Both the position numbers and the translations under genes were made by a program. A stretch of 64,000 nucleotides of DNA from assembly GCA_963705725.1 (NCBI GenBank), contig CAVPKM010000013.1, forward strand, positions 96,001 through 160,000. Direction: 5' to 3'. A model generated the notes under the pieces. It saw nothing but the letters and a program-made list of their open reading frames with translations, was not told the origin of the DNA and ran no database searches. This document shows, piece by piece, positions 33,131 through 43,398 of the stretch (position 1 is its first letter; every line of letters starts with the position of its first letter). The stretch is from an uncultured Gammaproteobacteria bacterium. Its GTDB lineage: Bacteria > Pseudomonadota > Gammaproteobacteria > UBA6002.

Positions 33131-33680
33131 ATGCGTAATAAATCCTATGTAATTTTACTGCTTTCTGTTTTTTTAATATGCAAATTACAGCTTGTTCACA
33201 CAAAAATTTCCTAATCAAAATGTCGGGGTAATGGATCCCAATGGGCCATCTTCAAAATACAGTGAAAAAGAAACTTACACAGAAGGTGCTAGAGGAGAAG
33301 AAAACTATGCAGAGAGTAGTAAATGTTGTCCTGGTAGACAAGTAGCGCATGCTGAACAGCATTATTTCTTTGAATTTGATAGCTATGAAGTGAGGCAAGA
33401 TGCCTTGGATTCTGTTCAATTACAGGCGAATTATTTAATTAAGCATCCAAGAACGAAAATTCGTTTAGAAGGCAATACGGATGATCGCGGTAGTCGAGAA
33501 TATAATGTGGCATTAGGAGAAAAAAGAGCAAATGCCGTATTAGATTTATTAAAGCAATATGGCGTTTATCCTTCACAAGTAACCGTAGTCAGTTATGGTG
33601 CTGAAAAACCTGCGGCAGGAGGAGAGGATGAAAAATCTTATCAATGTAATCGACGGGTAGATCTAATTTACACTAATTAA
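33131..33680 (+). CDS. pal: Peptidoglycan-associated lipoprotein Pal; signal region frameshifted
   Basis: EGNTDDRGSREYNVALGEKRA, NRRV; lipobox ITAC lies in another frame. Confidence 0.9.
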
Positions 33681-33695
33681 CTTTATCTAATTCTA

Positions 33696-33724
33696 CGTCA
33701 TCCCGCGGTTGATCCGCGGGATCC
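33696..33724. repeat. REP-like palindrome
   Basis: CGTCATCCCGCGG-TTGAT-CCGCGGGATCC between pal and cpoB. Confidence 0.6.
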
Positions 33725-33769
33725 GGAGATTTTTAGAACAAATCGAACAGACATTTTCAGAGAAAATAA

Positions 33770-34645
33770 ATGAAACAAAAACATAAGTTAATATTTGTCT
33801 TATTTTTTTTAATGCTCTGTAGTGCCACGGCAGTGCAAGCAGCGCATGCTGATGTTCCTGTTGTGGATTTAAGCCATTCTTTGGAAGAAGAAGCGACTGT
33901 TAATACTGCGCTCGAGCTGGATCAGGGCAGTTCATCCTTTCCCGTTCGTAGCACAAAAAATTCCTATAATCATGAAACAATGGACCAAAAAGTTTCACGA
34001 TTAGATAAGCAAGTGACCAATCTTACTGAAATGAATTATGCGAGTAAGCTCGAAAAACTTCAGCTTCAATTACAACAATTACAAGGACAGTTAGAAGTTC
34101 AGCATCATGATTTGTCGCAGTTAAAAGAACAGATGAAAAATTTTTATCAAGATTTAGATCAGCGAGTTAATCAGGTTTCCAGTCAAGATGACAATAAAAA
34201 AGAAAAAACGTTAATTAAGGCTGAAAAGGCTAAGGAAAAAGCTGAAGAGGAAAAATTATCAGATGCACCCAAGTCAGATGAGTTACAAAAATATGAGGCC
34301 GCTTTCAATCTTTTAAATAAAAAGGAATATGATAAAGCTATTCATAATTTTCAAGCTTTTGTTAAAGCATTTCCAGATAGTACTTATACGGCGAATGCCC
34401 ATTATTGGTTAGGTGAAATTTATTATCTAAAGGGTAAATCAGAATCGGCAAGTAATGAATTTCAAATCATTGTAAATAAATACCCAGAAAATACAAAAGT
34501 TGCAGATGCCATGCTTAAAATTGGACTCATAGCAATGGATAGTGGTGACAAAAGTAAGGCAAAACAAGCTTTTACTAAAGTAAAAAAACAGTTTCCTGGC
34601 ACTACAGCGGGAAAAATCGCTTCGTTAAGACTAAAAGCAATGTAA
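33770..34645 (+). CDS. cpoB: Tol-Pal protein CpoB/YbgF
   Basis: Signal peptide, coiled coil, TPR NAHYWLGE, KVADAMLKIG. Confidence 0.93.
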   Translation: MKQKHKLIFVLFFLMLCSATAVQAAHADVPVVDLSHSLEEEATVNTALELDQGSSSFPVRSTKNSYNHETMDQKVSRLDKQVTNLTEMNYASKLEKLQLQLQQLQGQLEVQHHDLSQLKEQMKNFYQDLDQRVNQVSSQDDNKKEKTLIKAEKAKEKAEEEKLSDAPKSDELQKYEAAFNLLNKKEYDKAIHNFQAFVKAFPDSTYTANAHYWLGEIYYLKGKSESASNEFQIIVNKYPENTKVADAMLKIGLIAMDSGDKSKAKQAFTKVKKQFPGTTAGKIASLRLKAM

Positions 34646-34653
34646 TCAGCGAG

Positions 34654-35316
34654 ATGAAAAATTTGGGGTCTATTGCTCATGCCTTACGAATTACTGAAAT
34701 TTTTTACTCTTTACAAGGTGAGAGCCGAACAGTCGGACTGTTGACAGCGTTCATACGCTTGACGGGATGTCCACTTCGTTGTGGTTATTGTGATACTTCT
34801 TACGCATTTCAAGGAGGTCGCATAATGGCAATAGATGAAATTCTCACGGCGATTAATGAATATGAACCACGTTATATTACTGTGACAGGTGGTGAGCCTC
34901 TTGCGCAGCCCAATTGTCTCACGTTGTTGACAGTGCTTTGCAATCAAGGCTATGAAGTTTCTATCGAAACCAGCGGTGCTTTACCTATACAATCGATTGA
35001 TCAGCGCGTGGTGATAGTAATGGATATTAAAACTCCCGGTTCTCAAGAAGTAACAAAAAATAATTTTACTAACATCGACCACCTAACAAATAAAGATCAG
35101 ATTAAATTTGTAATTTGTGATGAAAAGGATTATTTGTGGGCAAGGAATATGATGACGAAATATCGATTAGCAGATCGATGTGAGATATTATTTTCGCCTT
35201 CATATCAGCAGCTAAGTAATCAAACATTAGCAGACTGGATAATTCGAGATAATCTACCTGTTCGCTTTCAAGTGCAGCTTCATAAATATATCTGGGGAGA
35301 GGTTGCAGGAAAATAA
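34654..35316 (+). CDS. queE: 7-carboxy-7-deazaguanine synthase
   Basis: EIFYSLQGE, CPLRCGYCD, QLHKYIW. Confidence 0.96.
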   Translation: MKNLGSIAHALRITEIFYSLQGESRTVGLLTAFIRLTGCPLRCGYCDTSYAFQGGRIMAIDEILTAINEYEPRYITVTGGEPLAQPNCLTLLTVLCNQGYEVSIETSGALPIQSIDQRVVIVMDIKTPGSQEVTKNNFTNIDHLTNKDQIKFVICDEKDYLWARNMMTKYRLADRCEILFSPSYQQLSNQTLADWIIRDNLPVRFQVQLHKYIWGEVAGK

Positions 35317-35351
35317 CCCTACCCTTGTAGTTCTCAGGAGGAGAAAATCTA

Positions 35352-36320
35352 ATGTATTCAACAGAAGCTTCAATTCAAACTCAATTCAAAAATCTTAAAT
35401 CCTATTTGCAATCTAGAATTCTGGGGCAGGAAATCTCGTTACCCGCTTATTAATTGCATTAATCGCTGACGGCCATTTATTAGTGGAAGGTGCGCCAGGG
35501 TTGGCAAAAACTACTGCAATTAAAGAATTAGCAGCATGTGTAGAGGGAGATTTTCATCGAATTCAATTTACTCCTGATTTATTGCCTTCAGATGTGACTG
35601 GAACTGAAATTTATCGACCGCAAGAAGGTTCTTTTCATTTCCAACATGGTCCCATTTTCCATAATTTACTTTTGGCAGATGAAATTAATCGTGCGCCAGC
35701 AAAGGTTCAATCTGCCTTGCTGGAAGCGATGGCAGAAAGACAGGTCAGTATTGGTCGAAAAACTTATTCTTTGCCCGCTTTATTTCTTGTGATGGCGACT
35801 CAAAATCCTATTGAGCAAGAAGGCACTTATCCGCTGCCAGAAGCTCAGCTAGATCGTTTTTTAATGTTTGTTAAAGTCAATTACCCTTCTGCCGATACGG
35901 AAATGAAGATACTTCAGCTAGCTCGGAATAATCTACAAAGTAAAATTCAATCGCCAAAAATTCTTTCTCAAGAAATGATTTTTCAGGCAAGAAACGAAAT
36001 TATGCAGTTACATTTTCGTCGCGCTTTAGAGGATACTTAGTACAACTTGTGATCGCAACTCGAAATCCCAAACCATATGGGGCTGATTACGTAAATGGCT
36101 AAGATTTGGTGCCAGCCCGCGCGCCACAATTTATTTAGATCGATATGCAAGAGCACATGCTTGGTTACATGAGCGAGACTATGTGTCACCTGAAGATATC
36201 CATGCGGTGGCTTATGAAGTGCTAAGACATCGCATATTGCTTACTTATGAAGCAGAAGCAGAAGAAATATCGGTAGAGCGCTTCATTACAGAATTGCTTC
36301 ATAAGATCGCGATACCCTAA
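35352..36320 (+). CDS. MoxR family AAA ATPase, several frameshifts
   Basis: GAPGLAKT, RIQFTPDLLPSD, DEINRAPAKVQSALLE; GASPRA...LRHRI C-terminus in another frame. Confidence 0.9.
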
Positions 36321-36329
36321 GGAAAGATA

Positions 36330-37257
36330 ATGCGAGGAGTGAAGATTACGCTAGATGATCTATTAAAGTTGAGAAATCTAGCAAATAAAAGCCATCTTAC
36401 CCAGCAAAAAAAAACTACCAATTCGCAGCAAGGAGGTCTTCAATCGCCGTTTAGAGGCAGAGGAATGGACTTCGTCGAAACACGTGTTTATCAACCGGGA
36501 GATGATATTCGTGCTATGAATTGGGCGGTGATCAGCTAGGACGGGTCAGGCACACACTAAGATCTACGAGCAAGAGAGAGATCGAGCTGTTTTCATTGTT
36601 ATTGATTTTCAACCGAGTATGTATTTTGGCACTAAAGAAATCTTTAAATCCGTTCTTGCTGCAGAAATTGCAGCGCTCCTTGCTTGGTCGGTATTAAAAA
36701 GAGGAGATAGAATCGGTGGGCTTTTGATCAAAGAAAAATCTTATTTTGTGCCTGCTTCTCGAACTATAAGTCACATAATAAAATTTTTAAAGCAGCTTGT
36801 CAGCGTGGTTAATGACAAAACCGAATCAGTGCAAAGTTATCAATCTGCTTTTTTACCTTTAAAAAAAGCGATCAAATCAGGGAGTGAGCTTTATTTTATT
36901 GGTGATTTTTATCATGATCAATCAGGGTTACAAAATGAGCTGGTGTATTTTTCACATTATCACCATGTAACAAACTTATTTGTTTATGATTTAATAGAAA
37001 AGCAACTTCCCAAAAATGGACGCTATCTTTTTAGTAAAAATTTTTCATCTACCCCCTCATTTGAAAATCAAGAATCATTATTGTTAGATACTCATCATAA
37101 AAAAATTTGTAAAACCTATAGTGAATATTTTGAACAGCGCGAGCAACAAATTAAGCATTTTAGTTTTTCTCATAAAATGCATTTTGCAAAATTTGCTACA
37201 GATGAACGGGTTGTTGATAGATTTAATTCTATCATGCCAAGACCACTTAGGAAGTAA
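36330..37257 (+). CDS. DUF58 protein, frameshifted near 36533
   Basis: RGRGMDFVETRVYQPGDDIR, then SMYFGT...GDRIG. Confidence 0.88.
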
Positions 37258-37260
37258 GCA

Positions 37261-37719
37261 GTGAACAGTAATTTATTGCAACAACTTCGCGATATTCATT
37301 ACCCTTCTCCTATATCAATTTGGCCTTTAGCGATAGGCTGGTACGTGCTCCTATTTTTTTTAATTTTTGGGGTAATTATTTTTGCATTGCAATATTTTAT
37401 GAACATAAGGAGAAGACGATTAAAAAAAATTGTATTAAAAAGGCTTTGTGAATTGCAGAGTCAGAGTAAAAGTCCGCATACCGCAAGAGAATTATCCATT
37501 CTGCTAAAAGAGCCGTGTTAATCGCCTATAAAAAGAGAAGACGTGGCAGGATTACACGGTGAAAAATGGTTGTCATTTTTAGATAAGACAGCAAAAACTC
37601 ATGAGTTTTCAAAAGGGCCTGGACGTTTATTATTGGTCTGTCCTTACCAAGAAAAGTCACTGCTGTTGCCAGATTTTCTTTTTTTATTAATTCGGCGATG
37701 GGTGAAAAAAAATCTATGA
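37261..37719 (+). CDS. DUF4381 protein, frameshifted
   Basis: LQQLRDIHYP..ISIWPLAIGW; VAGLHGEKWLSFLD in another frame. Confidence 0.8.
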
Positions 37720-38708
37720 TTAATTTTATTAATCCTTGGTGGTGGGGGTTGCTACCCTTGCCTTGGGTAATCAAAAAATGGTGGAGCCCTGCTGTTTCAG
37801 AGCAAAAAGGCGGGTTAAAAGTTCCATTTTTTTCGCGGCTATACCAGATTATTCCAGATAAAAAAACCCAGGCGAGTAATAGTTGGTTTTGGTGCGCATA
37901 TTTGTGTTGGACATTATTGTTAATAGCCGTATCCGGCCCTGAGTGGTTAGAGAAACCTATTTATTTAAATCGCGCCGGTAGAGATATTATGCTTGCCATT
38001 GATCTTTCTGGAAGTATGCAAATTCCTGACATGGAAATTAATCATCAAGGCGCTAATCGCTTACAAGTAGTTAAACAGGTAGCAGAACAATTTATTGCAA
38101 ATAGAAAGAGCGATAGACTAGGGTTAATTCTATTTGGATCGAAAGCTTACTTACAGACACCCCTTACCTTCGATTTATCCACCGTTAGAACCATGTTGCT
38201 TGATGCAACGGTAGGTTTAGCTGGGTCGCAAACAGCGATTGGTGATGCAATTGGAATAGCCATTAAGCATTTAAAAGATTACCCTAAAAATAAAAAGGTA
38301 CTCGTTTTATTAACCGATGGGGTCAACAATGACGGAAATGTCAGTCCTGTAGAGGCAGCGAGTATTGCAGCCAAATATGGAATAAAAATATATACCGTGG
38401 GTTTAGGTGCGAATCAAGTTGTTGTTCCAACTTTGCTAGGACCACAAATTTTAGATGCTGACTATGAGTTAGATGAAGAAACATTAAAAGAAATATCACG
38501 TTTGACACATGGCTTATATTTCCATGCCGCTAATCAACAAGAATTAAAAAAAGTATATGATCAGTTAAATCACTTAGAGCAAAGAGAAGGTGATCGTGAA
38601 GTATTTCGACCCAGAACACCACTTTATTTTTGGCCATTAGGCATCGCCTTTTTATTGATGCTAGTAGGGCTTTTTTTGCATAACCATCAGGTGCTAAGGA
38701 GAGGATAG
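37716..38708 (+). CDS. VWA domain protein (BatA-like)
   Basis: DLSGSM MIDAS, TAIGDAIG, LLTDG. Confidence 0.92.
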   Translation: MINFINPWWWGLLPLPWVIKKWWSPAVSEQKGGLKVPFFSRLYQIIPDKKTQASNSWFWCAYLCWTLLLIAVSGPEWLEKPIYLNRAGRDIMLAIDLSGSMQIPDMEINHQGANRLQVVKQVAEQFIANRKSDRLGLILFGSKAYLQTPLTFDLSTVRTMLLDATVGLAGSQTAIGDAIGIAIKHLKDYPKNKKVLVLLTDGVNNDGNVSPVEAASIAAKYGIKIYTVGLGANQVVVPTLLGPQILDADYELDEETLKEISRLTHGLYFHAANQQELKKVYDQLNHLEQREGDREVFRPRTPLYFWPLGIAFLLMLVGLFLHNHQVLRRG

Positions 38709-39610
38709 TGCATTTTTTAAGGCCCTATTGGTTTTTCGCGTTATTGCCAATCTGTTTTTTTATTTGGAAAATGACTAAAGAACAAATTGTGAACAACTGG
38801 TATTCGGTTTGCGATCATCATTTGCTTCCTCATCTTCTCGAAATTCCTAAACGTCAGTTTCCTTTCCCCTTAATTTTATTTGCAATAGGCAGCATGCTGA
38901 CTGTTTTTTCCTTGGCGGGGCCGAGTTGGAAAAAAGCAACCCAGCCAATTTATCGCACTTTGACGGGAAGCATCGTTGTGCTTAATCTCACGCCATCGAT
39001 GATGGATTTGGTGGGAACAACAAAAAAAATTGATCGGGCCCATTTTAAAATGTTGGATTTATTTAGTCGTTTACGGGAAGGAATGTTAGGTCTGGTTGTT
39101 TATACTGACGAGGCACATACCATTGCTCCCTTAACCGATGACTACCATACGCTTGCCAATTTTGTTCCTTCGCTTGATCCAAGTATTATGCCAAGTGTTA
39201 ATGACAATACCGCCGTGGGCTTGCAAAGGGCAGGTAAGTTACTCAGACAAGCAGGAATTCCAAATGGAAATATTATTTTAATCACGGATAAAATTACTCA
39301 TCTCTCAACAGCAAAAAATGTGGCGAGCATGCTTTTTTCAGAGGGTTATCATTTAATTGTATTCAATATCACTGATCAGGAAAATTCCATGATGCGGGAA
39401 TTAGCATCAGCAGGAGGTGGAAAAGTGATTTCACTCACCTCAAATAATCACGATATTGATAAGATAATCGCTGATGCTCAGTCAAAAATAAATCCTTTTC
39501 AAATGAAAAAAACAAATGAAAAAGCCATGCTTTGGCAAGATAACGGACGTGAGATTCTTTTCTTGGTATTACCGATCGCCTTGCTGCTTTTTCGAAGAGG
39601 GTATTTGTGA
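38708..39610 (+). CDS. VWA domain protein (BatB-like)
   Basis: HFLRPYW, LAGPSW, PLTDD, LFRRG. Confidence 0.88.
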   Translation: MHFLRPYWFFALLPICFFIWKMTKEQIVNNWYSVCDHHLLPHLLEIPKRQFPFPLILFAIGSMLTVFSLAGPSWKKATQPIYRTLTGSIVVLNLTPSMMDLVGTTKKIDRAHFKMLDLFSRLREGMLGLVVYTDEAHTIAPLTDDYHTLANFVPSLDPSIMPSVNDNTAVGLQRAGKLLRQAGIPNGNIILITDKITHLSTAKNVASMLFSEGYHLIVFNITDQENSMMRELASAGGGKVISLTSNNHDIDKIIADAQSKINPFQMKKTNEKAMLWQDNGREILFLVLPIALLLFRRGYL

Positions 39611-40775
39611 AATTGTTGAAGCGCTTAATCATTATACTTTGCTTGTGGAGTTCGCTCGCTTATTCAATGAGCTGGAATGATTTTTGGTTGAGAAAAGATC
39701 AGCAGGGAATGCGATTGCTACAAAAAAGACAATCTAAAAAAGCTGCAGAAATTTTTCAATCCAAAGCGTGGCGTGGTGTGGCAAATTACCGATCCGGAAA
39801 TTATATTGATGCGGAAAGAGACTTCCAACAAAATCATGATAAAGAATCGAATTATAATTTGGGTAATGCGCTAGCCATGCAAGGTAAATATGAAGAAGCG
39901 ATTAAAGCTTATAGTGAAGCAATTATGAAGCAGCCTAATTTTCAAGATGCAATATACAATCGGGAAATTGTAAAAAAATTACTTGATCGCAAAAAAAACA
40001 AAAACAATAATCCTAAAGAGAATAAAGAGAATAAAGAGAATAAAGAGAATAAAGAGAATAAAGAGAATAAAGAGAATAAAGAGAATAAAGAGAATAAAAG
40101 AGAATAAAGAGAATAAAGAGAATAAAGAGAATAAAGAGAATAAAGAGAATAAAGAGAATAAAGAGAATAAAGAGAATAAAGAGAATAAAGAGAATAAAAG
40201 AGAATAAAGAGAATAAAGAGAATAAAGAGAATAAAGAGAATAAAGAGAATAAAGAGAATAAAGAGAATAAAGAGAATAAAGAGAATAAAGAGAATAAAGA
40301 GAATAAAGAGAATAAAGAGAATAAAGAGAATAAAGAGAATAAAGAGAATAAAGAGAATAAAGAGAATAAAGAGAATAAAGAGAATAAAGAGAATAAAGAG
40401 AATAAAGAGAATAAAGAGAATAAAGAGAATAAAGAGAATAAAGAGAATAAAGAGAATAAAGAGAATAAAGAGAATAAAGAGAATAAAGAGAATAAAGAGA
40501 ATAAAGAGAATAAAGAGAATAAAGAGAATAAAGAGAATAAAGAGAATAAAGAGAATAAAGAGAATAAAGAGAATAAAGAGAATAAAGAGAATAAAGAGAA
40601 TAAAGAGAATAAAGAGAATAAAGAGAATAAAGAGAATAAAGAGAAATCTAAAAACAAGCTTGATCAAGAAACAAAGCAATGGCTTCAACAGATACCTGAT
40701 GATCCTGGTGGATTATTAAGAAGAAAAATTATGAGAGACCATTTAAGACGAGCCAATGGTTTAGAGGTGGAGTGA
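39607..40775 (+). CDS. TPR protein (BatC-like) with (KEN)n linker; two extra A's in the repeat break the frame
   Basis: YNLGNALAMQGKYEEAI; after the repeat QWLQQIPDDPGGLLRRK to TGA 40775, offset by +2 nt. Confidence 0.85.
40015..40643 (+). repeat. 9-bp microsatellite (AAAGAGAAT) x ~69
   Basis: 629 nt = 69 units + 6 nt + 2 extra A's near 40096 and 40196. Confidence 0.97.
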
Positions 40776-42481
40776 TAGTGTTTGTTCGATCAGGATTATT
40801 ATTATTTATTTTAGTTTCTTCTTCAGCGCTATCAAGTTTGCATATGGAGATAGACCGAAGCAACCTTGCAAGCGATGAAACACTAACTTTAATCTTGTCA
40901 AGTGATGATCATCTGACAATCAATCCCGATTTAACACCACTAAAAAAAGATTTTGTTATTACTGGAACGGTCCAAAATTCACAGTTTAATATCATCAATG
41001 GTGCCACAAAGATGTTAACACAGTGGCAGATTACTTTATTGCCAAAACATACCGGTGAAATTCCCATCCCATCAATCTCTGTGGGTAGGGACAGAACCCC
41101 AATGCAATTAATCCATGTTGTGCCCATTAAAAAAAGCACATCATTACCGGGAGAAAATGGCAATATTATTTTTATGGAGGCAGCGGTTATACCAAAGGAA
41201 GCATTTATTCAAGAGCAATTTGTTTACACAATAAAGCTTTATTTTAATCAATCCATAGAAAATCCTTATCTTTCACCTCCTGATTTGGCTAATGCAAAGA
41301 TTAATCAAAATGGTCAAGATATTATTTATTCAAAAATTAAAAATGGTAGATATTATCGGGTTTTAGAAAGATCATATTTGATTACGCCAACCAAGACTGG
41401 GAATTTTGAAATTATTTCTCCTGTTTTTAAAGGTTATCTCAATACTGCTGCCGGAATAGATTTATATGGTTTTTCAAATTCAGTATTAAAGCCTGTTGAA
41501 ATCCAGGGAAAATCGTTAGTTGTTCACGTTAAACCGAAACCCGCTGGCTTTACTGGTCAATGGTTTCCGGCAAAAAAAGTTACCGTAAGTGAAACTTGGG
41601 AAACTTCTGCACTAAGAGAAGGTGAACCTATCACGAGAAATATCATTGTCATGGCAGAAGGCGCGACTGGTGACCAAATTCCTGAACTTGTGATTGATCC
41701 CTCGCCAAATATTAATTTTTATCCTGAAAAACCTGTTCGTGAAACTAAGGCAAATGACCAGAAAGAGATGGGTAAGCTCACTCAAAAAATTGTTTATATC
41801 CCGACTCAATCAGGTCGATTACGTTTGTCAGGAATTAAGGTTCATTGGTGGAATACGTCATCAAAAAAAGAACAGATTGCGGCAGTTCCATCTAAAACAA
41901 TTTTTATACAGTCAGGATTGCTTAATCAAAATTCAAGCGATAACCAGGTGCAAAAATTAGCTAGTCCCACTCCCTCGCAAGTCAAAAAATATAATTTAAC
42001 AAGCGTAAAAAACCATGGCCCCTTAGCACAGTATTTTTGGCCAGTTATTGCAATGATTTTATTATTAATCTGGTTAGTAACAATTGGTTTGTGGCGTCGT
42101 CAACTGAAGTGTAAAGTCAACAATCCTCCTCTTGAAAAACAAAGGAACATTTTAAAAAAATTGGAACAAGCTTGCCTTGATAACGACCCAAGATCTGCAA
42201 AACGATTATTTTTAATCTGGGGAAAATTTTTTTGGCCGGATGCTGAAATTCACTCACTGATAGATATTTTTCAGCATATGAAAAATAATGCATGCGCTGA
42301 ATTCGAAGCAGAAATTATGCAATTAGAGGCGATTTTTTATAGAAAAAATAAATTTCCTTGGAATGGGGCGGCATTTTGGACAGCATTTAATCAATACCTA
42401 TCCCTACTAAACAATCGAAAAACAGAAGCAAAGGAAGAGGCATTGCCTTCCCTTTATGGCGAATCATGTGAAAACTCCTAA
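40772..42481 (+). CDS. BatD family protein
   Basis: Signal peptide, beta-rich repeats (REGEPITR), late TM segment, LPSLY near the C-terminus; last gene of the MoxR/Bat operon. Confidence 0.88.
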   Translation: MIVFVRSGLLLFILVSSSALSSLHMEIDRSNLASDETLTLILSSDDHLTINPDLTPLKKDFVITGTVQNSQFNIINGATKMLTQWQITLLPKHTGEIPIPSISVGRDRTPMQLIHVVPIKKSTSLPGENGNIIFMEAAVIPKEAFIQEQFVYTIKLYFNQSIENPYLSPPDLANAKINQNGQDIIYSKIKNGRYYRVLERSYLITPTKTGNFEIISPVFKGYLNTAAGIDLYGFSNSVLKPVEIQGKSLVVHVKPKPAGFTGQWFPAKKVTVSETWETSALREGEPITRNIIVMAEGATGDQIPELVIDPSPNINFYPEKPVRETKANDQKEMGKLTQKIVYIPTQSGRLRLSGIKVHWWNTSSKKEQIAAVPSKTIFIQSGLLNQNSSDNQVQKLASPTPSQVKKYNLTSVKNHGPLAQYFWPVIAMILLLIWLVTIGLWRRQLKCKVNNPPLEKQRNILKKLEQACLDNDPRSAKRLFLIWGKFFWPDAEIHSLIDIFQHMKNNACAEFEAEIMQLEAIFYRKNKFPWNGAAFWTAFNQYLSLLNNRKTEAKEEALPSLYGESCENS

Positions 42482-42534
42482 ATTGGGGCTTGTTATTTTT
42501 CTATAAATGGGTATTATTTTTCTTTTGTCATATT

Positions 42535-42610
42535 GGGCCGTTAGCTCAGTTGGTAGAGCAGCGGACTTTTAATCCGTTGGTCCCGCGTTCGAGTCGCGGA
42601 CGGCCCACCA
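42535..42610 (+). tRNA. tRNA-Lys (anticodon TTT)
   Basis: GGGCCGT...GCGGA-CTTTTAA-TCCGT...ACGGCCC-ACCA. Confidence 0.98.
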
Positions 42611-42626
42611 ATTTTTAAGAAAATAA

Positions 42627-42698
42627 GTAACTGCTCACGGGGTAAGAGCCTGTTCAACGCACGGATATGGACGTTTTCTTGCTGGGTCGAGTAGTGAC
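42627..42698. mobile_element. 72-bp mini-MITE related to the 172-bp element
   Basis: Ends GTAACTGCTC / GAGTAGTGAC (8/10); GAAAATAA at 42619-42626 and 42699-42706; shares ATATGGACGTTT with the reverse complement of MITE copy 1. Confidence 0.75.
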
Positions 42699-42747
42699 GA
42701 AAATAAGAAAGCAAGCTTGCTGGGCATGAGACATATACCATTCATGA

Positions 42748-43296
42748 ATGGATTTCAGGAAGAATGCCGTGAAAAAAACAAGCAACTATACCTCAACCGC
42801 TAAAATTTTCCATTGGCTAATTGCGTTTTTTGTTATTACATTGCTTGTTTTAGGCTGGTACATGACCAGCATCAAACCGCAGTCAGCTAGTCATTGGTAC
42901 GTGGACCTTCATAAATCTCTCGGCCTTCTCGTAGGCATATTAATTCTACTCAGAATAATTTGGCGCTTAACTCACCCTCCCGCTTCACTGCCAGCAAGCG
43001 TCTCCTTATTGGAAAGAAAGGCCTCCCGTTTAACTCATTTGTTGCTGTATTTTCTATTGTTCTTAATGCCATTTACTGGCTTCATGGGTTCCTCGTTTGG
43101 TAAATTTGGGGTTGCTTTCTTTGGTTACAAGTTACCGATGTGGGCACAGCCTAATTCAATTATTTCAGAACCTTTGTTTTCATCCCATAATTTTTTGGCT
43201 TATGTACTTGCAGGTTTGATTGTTATCCATATTTTGGCAGCGTTAAAACATCTGTTTATTAACAAAGATCAGATATTTCAGCGCATGTGGTGGTAG
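42748..43296 (+). CDS. Cytochrome b561 (CybB/YceJ family); start may be GTG 42769
   Basis: HWLIA, HKSLG, HLLLY, HILAALKH heme histidines. Confidence 0.92.
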   Translation: MDFRKNAVKKTSNYTSTAKIFHWLIAFFVITLLVLGWYMTSIKPQSASHWYVDLHKSLGLLVGILILLRIIWRLTHPPASLPASVSLLERKASRLTHLLLYFLLFLMPFTGFMGSSFGKFGVAFFGYKLPMWAQPNSIISEPLFSSHNFLAYVLAGLIVIHILAALKHLFINKDQIFQRMWW

Positions 43297-43398
43297 AAGT
43301 TGGAGCGTTCTGATTGAAAAAATGCAGAGCGTGAGGGGTATTGACCTCGTATGGTTAAGAGGATCCATTTCGAGAGTTGTGCTATCAATAGCAAAAGA

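Noticed and set aside
40015-40643. KEN repeats as eukaryotic APC/C KEN-box mimicry
   Set aside because: The host protein has a signal peptide and belongs to a conserved bacterial Bat operon whose linker is normally K/E/N/Q-rich; coincidence is more likely.
39942-40688. Minus-strand ORFs (LFI)n and (LFS)n, and the + strand (KRI)n ORF
   Set aside because: Alternative readings of the 9-bp microsatellite.
42541-42741. 66-aa minus-strand ORF
   Set aside because: Antisense to tRNA-Lys and the mini-MITE; spurious.
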